Shown here piece after piece: positions 7,971 to 17,600 of a DNA stretch of 21,226 bases. Position numbers and translations under genes: made by a program. The DNA is from Azolla caroliniana (lineage: Eukaryota > Plantae > Polypodiophyta), in contig JBHGNT010000537.1 of the NCBI GenBank assembly GCA_043228905.1, positions 1 to 21,226 on the forward strand, given 5' to 3'. The first letter of the stretch is position 1; every line of letters begins with the position of its first letter. The notes beneath the pieces were generated by a model. That model was not told the DNA's origin, searched no databases, and was given only the letters and a program-made list of their open reading frames with translations.

Positions 7971-10900
7971 ATGGCTATGGCGATGGAGCGTGAAGAAGAC
8001 GAGAGGAGTAGCAACAGCCTCTTCGCGTCGTTGATGCCTAATATTCTCAACATGACTCATCATTTCGACGATTCCATCACCGATCAAGGATTCCAAGAGG
8101 TCGATCGTCTCCTCACTGAAGTGATAATGGAAAAGGTTGGCTCAATCCTCTGATCTCTCTCTAATTATTCTTATACGATAATATTATTTCCATCATACTG
8201 AGAAAGGATTTCCGGAGATCGATCCTCATCTTACTGAACAGCAATGTAAAAGTTTTGTTCTTCCCTGATCTCTCTCTCTCTCTCTCTCTCTATTTACCAA
8301 CCCCTCTTTTTTTTCTATTATAAATCCCAATTATTCAAAGATATCAATCGCCTTCTCACTGATGAGATAAGGGAAGATCTTGCAATTATTTCTTTCTGCT
8401 GCGCCGATAAATTCTGAGAATTTTAGAAGAGACGATGAAAAAGGTTTCAATTCTTTCGCTCTTTGCTTCTATTGTAAACTGTAAATACTCCAAGAGATCG
8501 ATGATCTGCTTCCTGAAGAGTTAAACGGAAAATCTTGCATTTTTTGTTAATCTGATTATCTGGTGAACAATCGCATTTCTGAAGATGTAATGAAAAATCT
8601 TGCAATTCTCTTTCTCTATCTCATTGATAATATGCTAAACCCTAGATATGATTCCATCGTTGAACAGGTGTTCCAATATATCGATTACATGATTTATCAA
8701 AGAGATAACATTTCTGATTATCTGGTGAACAATAACATTTCTGAAGACGTAACGAGAATCTTGCGATTCTCTTTCTTTCTCTCATTGATAATACCCGAAA
8801 CCCTAGATATAATTTCATCGTTGAACAAGTGTTTCAATATATCGATTATATGATTGCATATTAAGTTTTGTTTTTTAAAATATTCTTCTTTCTTCTGTCG
8901 TAACAAGAAAATGCCTTCTGATAACCATACGTTCAGTTTGGATCTTTGGCCAGACATATCCGCAGAGTCGAAACTTGTGGTTTCGCTAGATACCTTCAAC
9001 GTCCATACCTTCTGACCAGATTATTCTATGTGTAGAGTTGAATCTTCATTGTTCTGTCATATTAGACCGTTCTCTGTTCCCTTATATAGAATGGCCAGAT
9101 ATATATGTATGGTAAACATTATGATTTTTCTTAAATTGTTCATATTTCTTACCAGATAAACTCTTTTATAATAAGATCAGGCCTATGTAAATCTATACAG
9201 AGAAAACTAGAAGGAAGTTCACATTCCAGAATTTTTTTGAACCTGCAGGGTAAAGATGTCGGTATTCTCTTCAATGAAGAGATATTGGAAATCTTGTTAT
9301 AGGTTCTTGGCTTCTATGATAATCGTAAAAGTTATCTGAAGAGTTGAACATTATTATTTCTCTCGAATTCTCCTATTTTATTCACTCCAGAACCTGTTCC
9401 TTTAACAACATCATGCCTTCGGAACTTTTATACAGAGAACAGTTGATGGTGCCATAATCAAAGGAAATCCAGTGTTCATGAAGCTTTCGAATTTTCAAGC
9501 TAAAGGTGTTGATCATCTCATGGTTGTTAAGATAATGTAAACATTATGATTCAATCTTTGGTAGGTCTGATTATGGTAGATTATTATTTGGATGTTTGGA
9601 CAGACATATCCGTAGAGGCGAGTATTGTGATTTCTATGCAAGTCTGTTAGCTTCCTTCAAATTAGAATGTTCCTATAGCAAGGTCATGCCATTATAAACA
9701 GAGAACAATAGATGAACCCATGAAGAAAGGATGTCCACAGTTCATGAAACTTAAAGATGCAGAGGATGCTGGAATTCTAGCTGAAAGGTCATCAAAGAAG
9801 GAATTTGATAATTTTGTCAGTGGAAAGGAAAATATTCCCCCACAGAGAAATGCGTTTTCAAGGTGTGAAAGGGATTTAAGGATCACCTCTATCAAGAAGC
9901 CATTCACTGTGGATGTAAGGTAAATTCAGTATCTCCTACAGTTTCTACTTCTCTAAAGGACCTACATAGATCAAAATAATGGAGAAATGTGGCAATGCAG
10001 TATATATATTACAAGCAGTTCATCTTATATATTTCTAAGGACCTTTGTAAGCAGAACATTGAGAAATGTGTTATGAGAAGTAGTACACAAGATTTACAAG
10101 AACAATTGGATTCTGGTTTTATGGTTTACCTCATAGATCGTATCGTAGAAAAATAAAATAAAATTTGAGTCTACAAGATTTCATTAATAAATTCTGATTT
10201 TCCAAGGACCTTCATAAATCAAATCAATGAGGAATGTGTAGGGAAGCCTAGAAAGTACATCTCACTTCTACTTTTCAGAGAGTAAGTTTGGATCAACACT
10301 TTCATAATATGTCAAAAAATTGAGAAATTCGATGTAGTATACAACAAGACCTATGAGATGTGTCCTCTTGTGTTTCACGAAGAACCTTCATAGGTTGAAA
10401 CATTCAAAACATGTATAACTTGCAAGGTTATCAAGAAGAGTCCACTTCTACTGTTTATTAGGGGCCATTGTAATAAAAACATAATATGAAATGAGATGTA
10501 ATAAACATGATCTATAAACTTTAGTAAGAACCTTTGATACATTGAGAAGTAGGATGTAGTATACAAGATCTGCAAGAGGATTCAAACACCTTTAGGTTAA
10601 TCATGTTTGATTTTGCAGAAGTTTCGGATTGATTCTCAACACCGAGGAAGTGGGAGGATGGGAAAAACCCCAAGATGTTCTAGCATTTTGGGAAGCTTCT
10701 GATAAACGAGAAGGTGCATAATTTGACTAAATTTCTGAATCACAATTGTTTGGTGAATGTTCCAACTTTACAGGCTATGCTTGGTCATTCACAAATTATG
10801 TTCAACTTTAACAAGTAACTGTGTCAAGGTCATCCATAACAAATATTTTCAACTTAAGTAAATGATTCAAGGCAATCCATAACACCATGTTTAATTTAAC

Positions 10901-13031
10901 AAAATAAAATTCACGGTCATTCAAAAAATCATAGTCAACCTAATAAGTAAATGCATGGTAATTTAAAAAACCATGTTCCAGCTGACAAGTAAATGGTTGG
11001 CACATAATGGTTATGTTCAACTGAACTAGTAAATGCTTGGTAATTCATGAAATTATGTTCCAACTTAACAAGTAAATTCTCAGTAACTCATACAATGACA
11101 TGCCCAAGCTGAACAGCGAAATGCTTGATAATTCATCAAATTAGTCTTGGGGGTTGCTATGTAGTAACTCATAACTTAGTAGTATACCGACTTACTTTGG
11201 TTGGGGCTCTACTAACGTGTTTGGAGGAAATGCTATGCAACTTCAGAAGCTATTATGTGTAAATGGACAGGAGGCGAGAGTTGTGAGTCAAGAGATATAA
11301 ATATTGCAAATTCAAGCTTCCCAAGAGTAGGGCTCAGAAGGAAAAACAGCAGAAGGTAAGTATTACAGAAATAATATGTATATTTTGAAGTCTAGACATA
11401 TGCATCTAATTTTCAAGGAATATATGCCTGTTGTTTATAGGACAAGGATATTGAAGCAGTTTTCAGCCGAAGTTCCCTTTTGCTCAGAGGACATACGATC
11501 ACTTGATGATGAACTTCTGGAAGAAGAATGTGAAACTGATTCGTCCTCTTTTACGTTCATCTCAGGACTCGAGAAGATCCATCAAGAGCTAAATGATAGG
11601 AATGAGGTTCATACTTCTCAATATTCTTCTGCGATGCAATCAGATGATGTGTCAGTGGATGTTAGAGATTTGAATGTGGGTGCAGAAGATTATCATGACA
11701 TTTTATCTCATTGTAAATTACCTGCTGTGAATTCATACTGGAACTATACATGCATTAACGGTGACGAAAAAAATACTATTCCAACTGAAGGTGAGCAGAA
11801 TGAGAGCTCAAAACAAGCTGAGAATATAGATATATTTGATGAGGAAATACATGTCGAGAACAAAACTGATGATAACTACAATGACAATAAGAACATTGGT
11901 GAAGAAAAGGACCACGTCATTTTTTCTCATTGTAAATTACCTGCCATGGATTCAAACTGGAACTATAAATGCACTAATCTTGAGCAAGAAAAACTTGAAT
12001 GCACTAATAGTGAGCAAAAAAATCCTACTCCAACTGAAGGTGAACAGAATATGGGCTCAAAACAACCTAAGGATATGGAGCTTGTACAGAATATAAATGT
12101 ACTGGAAGATGAAATCCATATCAAGGACAAAACAGATGATGATGATGATGATGGCCATGGTAAGAGCATTGTTGCTGCTCCTGATAAGAACAAAATAGAT
12201 GATACCAATGGTAATGTGAATGATGTTGATAGGAAAGTTACACCGTATTATGGAAATATTATGTCGGAAAGAACTCATTTCACTTCTCCAACACCACCAT
12301 CAAATGCATTTGCAGGATTGGCATTATCAAACAAGGATGTTTGTGTGGAAACTATAAGCAAAGGAAAACGGAAATCTGTTCTTAATGGCATACTAGATCC
12401 TCCTGTTGAAATGTCAATGGTGCTAAATACTTGCGTGGAAATGAATCAAGCACCAATATTAGAAATACCCCTATTGATCTCAAATAGCTCCCCAGTACAG
12501 GTGAATAAATTTTTAAATCAAAACTGATCCTTTTTGATAAAGTTTTGCTGATTAGTTTGAATTTCTGGCTAGAGATTGTCATTCTAATACATATAAAGCT
12601 GATTGGCATGCTGAAGGAACAAAATTTGGATATGGCTGAAGAGATCAATTCCATTGCTTCTAATGAAATGATCATGAATGGAGAGGGAAATAAAACGAAG
12701 TGTTCTAAACGACAGAGTCAAAAACATGTGATGAACTGGGGCGGCAATTATGAAGGTCTACAGTTGAATTATTTTGCAAAATTTCAGGCTCTAATGATTT
12801 GTTGTTCTATGAGGGATAGCATCCCTTGTTACATTTGTGTATTTGATGAACTCATTGGCCATGGTTTCAAAAGCTTTTTGTTTTTCTTAATCATTGATTT
12901 CCTTCAACTATCCTGATTTACAGGTGCTGGCACAAATTGGAATGAGGGAGTCCGACGAAGCACAAGGATAAGGTCAAGGCCTCTGGAGTGGTGGAGGGGT
13001 GAACGGTTTCTACTAGATTGTGTTCACAAGA
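7971..13031 (+). CDS. CENPC: Centromere protein C; exons 7971-8135, 9702-9919, 10619-10713, 11247-11355, 11441-12500, 12599-12755, 12924-13031 (1912 nt, 637 codons; terminal exon unresolved)
   Basis: All six introns are GT-AG with matching phases (0,2,1,2,0,1) and there is no in-frame stop. Exon 7 encodes [36 protein letters not shown], the plant CENP-C motif. Exons 3-4 ([33 protein letters not shown]) resemble the N-terminal block of plant CENP-C. Exon 1-2 boundaries and the exon 6 AAG acceptor are less certain. Confidence 0.9.
8070..8856. repeat. Series of about 7 degenerate copies of the exon 1 3' end/donor region filling the first half of CENP-C intron 1
   Basis: GATTCCATC..GGATTCCAAGAGGTCGATCGTCTCCTCACTGAAG..ATGGAAAAG (exon) recurs in decayed form at ~8186, 8325, 8405, 8486 and within a closely similar 162-bp pair (8551-8712, 8713-8856). 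Confidence 0.75.
8269..8290. repeat. (TC)11 microsatellite / GAGA element in intron 1
   Basis: Read directly. Confidence 0.9.
8930..9780. repeat. Degenerate duplications of the exon 2 acceptor region in the second half of intron 1
   Basis: ACAG|AGAA acceptor context at 9200, 9435 and 9701; TTTGGAT.TTTGG.CAGACATATCCG.AGAG at ~8937 and ~9587; GTAAACATTATGATT at ~9112 and ~9537. Confidence 0.7.
9940..10585. repeat. Highly degenerate repeat family (about 6 copies) in CENP-C intron 2
   Basis: Recurrent AAG(G/A)ACCTT(C/T)..A...ATTGAGAAATGTG...GTAGTA(T/C)ACAAGA at ~9956, 10037, 10204, 10300, 10380 and 10526. Confidence 0.6.
10757..11143. repeat. Minisatellite, about 9 x 41-45 bp, in CENP-C intron 3
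   Basis: Approximate consensus ATGTTCAACTTAACAAGTAAATGCTTGGTAATTCATAAATT; units at ~10757, 10798, 10843, 10887, 10931, 10973, 11013, 11055 and 11100. Confidence 0.85.
11680..12170 (+). repeat. In-frame internal duplication in CENP-C exon 5 (period 219 nt = 73 aa) with a nested 30-nt duplication
   Basis: TCTCATTGTAAATTACCTGC at 11706 and 11925; peptide SHCKLPA..S.WNY.C.N...PTEGEQN..SKQ...EIH...KTDD occurs twice; [18 protein letters not shown] at 11970 and 12000. Confidence 0.92.
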
Positions 13032-13291
13032 GTATGTTTTCTCAACTTTTGCTACAGTAAATAAGACTCTTCTCGCAGGGGTTCTCTTGATAAATAATAG
13101 GAACCATAGATTGAAATCATACATTGCTTGTTTTTCAAAAGAGATAATGGAAGAGGGGAAAATATGGTTTATAATAGAGGAGGTTTTACAAATGAGGCTA
13201 TAGTTGAGTTGGTTGCGGAAGAAATATTAGTTTGATTCTCAATACATTAACATATTGTGAAAGATGTATCATCTTGAAAGGAGTGTTAGTT

Positions 13292-13480
13292 GCAGACATA
13301 AACCCACGCCTATGGATTGATGGTTTTGTTACCTTTAGGTACAACAAAACATTATTCAAATTTATCTTATTTCTATATATCCCTAGGGCAGAGATGAGAT
13401 CAATGATTGTCAGTTGCAGATAGGAACCCATGCCTATGAGTTGATAGATTTGTTACCTTTAGGATACAACAAAACCTTAG
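13292..13480. repeat. ~65-bp direct repeat, 2 copies
   Basis: GCAGA..AACCCA(C/T)GCCTATG..TTGAT...TTTGTTACCTTTAGG(A)TACAACAAAAC at 13292 and 13416. Confidence 0.8.
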
Positions 13481-13511
13481 GATAACATCTAACGGGATAA
13501 CAAAGTATCAC

Positions 13512-15550
13512 GTTAGGTGTAGGCATGGGTGAGCACATTGGACTCCATTTTGCTAGAATTGAAAGACTTCCAAGATGTCTTCTACATTGAAATGAGATTC
13601 AAATAGAGGTTAGTGGTTGGAGATTTTTATTGTTACCTGGGTTGTTGGTGCACAATATGTCTATGAAATATAGGATGAGTTCAATGTCAATAGGTAGCCC
13701 TTGTGATTTGAGCTATTGTTCATTGTTTTTATCTATCAACTGGTCTTTTTAATTTGATGATCACGTTGGCCAATCCCTAGCTATTATGAAACCTAACTAT
13801 ATTGCATTTTTCTCCCTTCATACACATCACATCATGACATTGAGCCTCTGAATTTAGGATAAGGAAAAATTGGAGGAAGATGTGTCTCAACATCAATGAA
13901 AAGTATGATTGATCCAATTTGCATGAATGATGTAGCTCAAACTACTTGCAACAACCACTACACATAGTCTCTTATTTTTTGTGTGTTTTTAGGATCACAC
14001 CCGGTCAAGTGGGGTCATCAACAAGTAGAGTGATGGATGAGGTTAACCAATTGAAAAGCTTGTTTGGTAGCAGCAGGAGCCATGTAGCTAGACAACATTA
14101 AAGGGCATTTTGCTCCATAATCATTTTGCTTCTAACTAAATACAATAATTTCCTTGATATGTTTGAATAACAGAATATGGATCATCTGCTTGAGCATGGA
14201 CCATATAATTGGTCAACTGATTTACAAGATAGAAATATGGAGAACCCCACTAAATAGGCATATAGACTTACACTCAAGGAGATGTATTTGTGGTAATACA
14301 AACTTTCTATGAGAGTTAGTTCACAATGGTTGTCCTCTTTGTACTCACACCTTGCTTAGATGCAATCTGGACTAGTCAACTACAAAGTTAGTTGGCAAGG
14401 ATAATAGTCACAACATCTGTGTAAAAGAAATAGGGTGGATATTTAGATTCTTTCTCTGTTCTTATTGTCACATTTAAAGTGCAAGTCCATTGATAGTACT
14501 GGGGATATTCCTTTTTTATTAATTGACATGTCCTTTAATATGACCCAACTAAGATGTAAGCTGGTGCTAGATAGTAGTTATTTTAAAGTCAATGGCACAT
14601 ACTTCAAGAGTGAAAACATCTTAGCCTGCCAATAGAGAACATTCTTTGAGTTGACTAGTCAATCCCATTACCTTCCATCTTTCCTAAATACATTTTGTCT
14701 TACTATCTACAATTTCCCACATTGACACCTCATCTACCCATTTGATTGGGTTGCACAATAACTACTCATTTGGGGTACTATCACAAAATGTGCACTCTAT
14801 GAATACATGTGGAGTTAAACCGAAGACTCTAATGGGGTCGCCCATCCTAATCGTTAAGAAGAAAGATGGATTTGTGGGGATGCTTCTAGATTATTGTTGT
14901 CTAAATTGTCTAATCATTCGTAAATGTTATCTTATATCCCTAATCTTGAAACTTCTCGATTAACTTTGAACTAGGTGAATCTTCGCCACAATCGACCTTT
15001 GGGGGGCTTCCAACTTAGTCTGAATGAAGCTCAATGATAAATGGAAAATTGCTTTACGAACTTGCTAAGACCATTTTGAGTACACAATGATGTTGTTTGA
15101 TCGTACAAATGCATGGGCGATCTTCCAACACATGATGACTGCTATTTTTTGAGAATACATGGATTGCTTATTGGATGGCATCTTGATCTTCTCCCAATAT
15201 CCGGTGGGACATATCGAACATGTTTGCCTTGTTGTAGCCAAGCTTTATCAACAGATACCTTTTGCCAAATTAGAAAAATGTAAATTTAGTTGCTCTCAAT
15301 ACTCAAAAGTAGATGCTCTTTCTTGAGTTGCAAAGTTTGAACTTTGGCTATGGGATGAAGCCTTATGGCCAAGAAAGTCAATATCTTTTTAAACCTTACT
15401 AGACCAAGTTGTGCACAACTTGCACATTCTTGGTCTCTTGGATGTCTCCTCTTTTAGAGGGGTGGAAGGTGTGTCATTTTGCCTAATTATGCTTAGTTGT
15501 AGCTTAGTTGTACATGTTTAACTTAGGTGTCTCTAGGCATGCATATCTCA
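13512..15550 (+). mobile_element. Degenerate, internally deleted Ty3/gypsy LTR retrotransposon (Tcn1/Tf2-like chromovirus)
   Basis: KYNNFLDMFE*QNMDHLLEHGPYNWSTDLQD (~14138-14230). RT remnant GSPILIVKKKDG..DY..LN..IFATIDLWGASNLV..KWKIALRT..HFEY..IFQHMM..LDGILIFS..AKLEKCKF (14835-15290) with many stops, then KVDALS. PPT AGAGGGGTGGAAGGTG (15456-15471) is followed by TGTCA. The short match TTAGGTGT..AGGCATG at 13513 and 15523 suggests LTR remnants; outer boundaries are uncertain. Confidence 0.85.
14368..14661. mobile_element. Possible MITE nested in the gypsy remnant
   Basis: Inverted repeats GACTAGTCAACTACAAAG..TTGGCAAGGATAA (14370) and TTAGCCTGCCAA..CTTTGAGTTGACTAGTC (ends 14660); ATC on both flanks may be a TSD. 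Lies in a ~520-bp interruption of the pol remnant. Confidence 0.5.
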
Positions 15551-16149
15551 CTAATGTTATTTCATTAATTATGACCCTAATTTTGTGTAATGTAGCTGAA
15601 GAAATTTTCTCATGAAGTAACTTAATATGCCACAGGTTTCTCTTTTTCTACAAATTTAAGTCTCAATAAGATTATATTTTTAATCCTACTATTTGGGCAT
15701 CCTCTGATGGATAGGACATCGGGCTTGGTCGATGTAGTGGGTTCTACTCTTGTCGTCTAAAAATAATTTTCTGAGGTTGGAATCAAGATTTGAAAAATTC
15801 TGTTGTTACACTGAAGGCGAGAGATCTTTGTATGACAAGGTGAGTTTTTTGATTGAGATTTGTTTTTGACAATTTAGCACCAAATTCTTGTAACTTTGCG
15901 TCTTGATCTTAGAATTTTGAGCGGAAAAGTTCAGCACATTTTGCGTTTGAACAGAAGATTTGCAAGAAATATTTGAATATAGATATTAAATTTATAAGTA
16001 ACATTAAATTCATGAAATTTACCTTGAGCCTGTTCATAATTTCAACAAGGTTGCTGCCTTGATCCCAATATCCAACCCCTACAATGAGCTCTCCTCTTCC
16101 TTTTATAGCCTATGGAGCTCTTCATGCATGCCTTGGACACTTAACAAAT

Positions 16150-17600
16150 GTTGGTTAAATGTTATGGGGATAATAGAATGTTGTGCAATGGATTAGATAG
16201 AAGATTGCTTGCTAGTGGGAAGAAAGTGTTGGTGAGATGCAAAAAAAGAAAAATGCTAGAAGAAGAATTTGGTTATGAGAAATAAACATGGATTAATGTG
16301 CGTATGCTATAGAAAATTTGGGCATTAGTCATGATGTATTTTGCGATACAAATCACCCTTTCTAATATTTAGATGCAGATTGGAGCTTCTACATAGAAGT
16401 GGATGAGTTTATTTACTCCATTGGATGTTTTGATTGGAGTAAAAGCCTATATTGGGGAAGACGTTTTGTATGACCTTTGATGTGTAGGATGATGTAAGGA
16501 AACTAATTTGTTTAGTTTTTGTTTGCATAAAGAAGTGTGGGTGATTGCAAATGATGGATCAAATTGGGTCTTAGATTTGGATCCATGAGATGTGAATTTG
16601 AATTATGGAAAGGAGACCAACATCTATATTAACTTGGGATATTGGGGAACTATATTAGAAGGTGTGGGTTCAAGATAAGATAAAACATGTGCCTCTTTTT
16701 AATATTATGTGAAGATTGGTAGGAAAATATTAGGTTCTAGATCATGGAAAGAACCAATTGCAAATGTCTTTTGAGGACGAAATGGACTTTCTCCACAACA
16801 TCTCAAACAATTTTGGAAATGGTTGTGGGGTATTAAATTGGGCAAGAAAATTGTTTGTTTCCGTTGGTTGTTGGTTCATAGACCTATACCAGTTAATGGT
16901 TGGCGAAAATGAAATGTAGACAATATGTGCCCTTTCTTTATGGATCTAGTAGAGAGTCGAGGCTATTAAGCATTGTTTATGGAGTTATGGTTTTGTGGTG
17001 AAAAAATGGAAACGAATCATAACGTTGCTAATACAAGTATATCCTTGAGCAGTGTATATGCAAGGAGTGATATTATGGGTGGTGGTACAAGATAAACCAA
17101 TGGTATATGAACAGGAGGTTGTAGATGCTATTGCTGTGAGACATGCTCTGATGCAAAATCATCGATATCTTTGAATCTAGAATAGAGATTGATAAACCTC
17201 AAATATGGCAATTGGTAAGTAGTATCACAATTTGGTATATTTGAAAAGTTCGATGTTTGAAGCTATTTCAAAATACGATTGAAAGACTTGCCCAAATAAT
17301 TTCTGGGATTTGGATAGAGATTGTGCATAATCTCAAAGGTTCTTTTGATAATATAAAAGGTAATATTCAACATGCGGAGCTCAAGTGATTGGAGTTTCAT
17401 GCCATATGGGACAAAGGCTTGTTTTATAGATGGATTTTTTATAAGGTGGAGTGATTCTACTCTACACCGAAGTATTTATTTAAGCTGACGGTTAGAATTA
17501 AAAAATAAGGGGTTCATTACTGAAAGGTACATCTTGTATGTATAGCCTCATGGTGTTTTCTTAATATTAATGTAGTATCTTTTTTTGAAATAAATAAATT
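16150..17600 (+). mobile_element. Degenerate L1-like LINE, 3' part of ORF2 (zf-RVT region) and A-rich end
   Basis: ~16790-17015 translates, with a stop and a frameshift, to QFWKWLWGIKLGKKIVCFRWLLVHRPIPVNGW..DNMCPF..EAIKHCLWSY..W, the W..W...K...FxW..H..P..CP..E..HxxW pattern of plant LINEs. AAATAAATAAA at ~17588. 5' boundary approximate. Confidence 0.75.

Noticed and set aside
8563-8853. 96-aa ORF as an independent gene
   Set aside because: GTG start, derived from the intronic 162-bp repeat pair; frame shifts between the copies.
9915-9920. Alternative exon 2 donor GAT|GTAAGG
   Set aside because: A phase-0 join to exon 3 hits a TGA within that exon; the AG|GTAAAT donor at 9919/20 keeps the CENP-C-like frame.
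10757-11143. CRISPR-like array
   Set aside because: Units are contiguous and degenerate along their whole length with no unique spacers, and lie in a eukaryotic intron with no cas genes.
11376-12527. 383-aa ORF as a stand-alone gene
   Set aside because: Its ends are intronic; 11441-12500 is exon 5 of CENP-C with phase-matched splice sites.
13088-13510. Solo LTR bounded by TGATA...TATCA
   Set aside because: Only a 5-bp inverted match, and the flanks (TCTCT / CGTTA) are not a TSD.
14742-14963. 73-aa ORF as a functional gene
   Set aside because: Fragment of the stop-riddled gypsy RT.
17382-17430. QVIGVS as the missing CENP-C last exon
   Set aside because: Lies inside the LINE remnant, has no suitable acceptor, and the following residues do not match.
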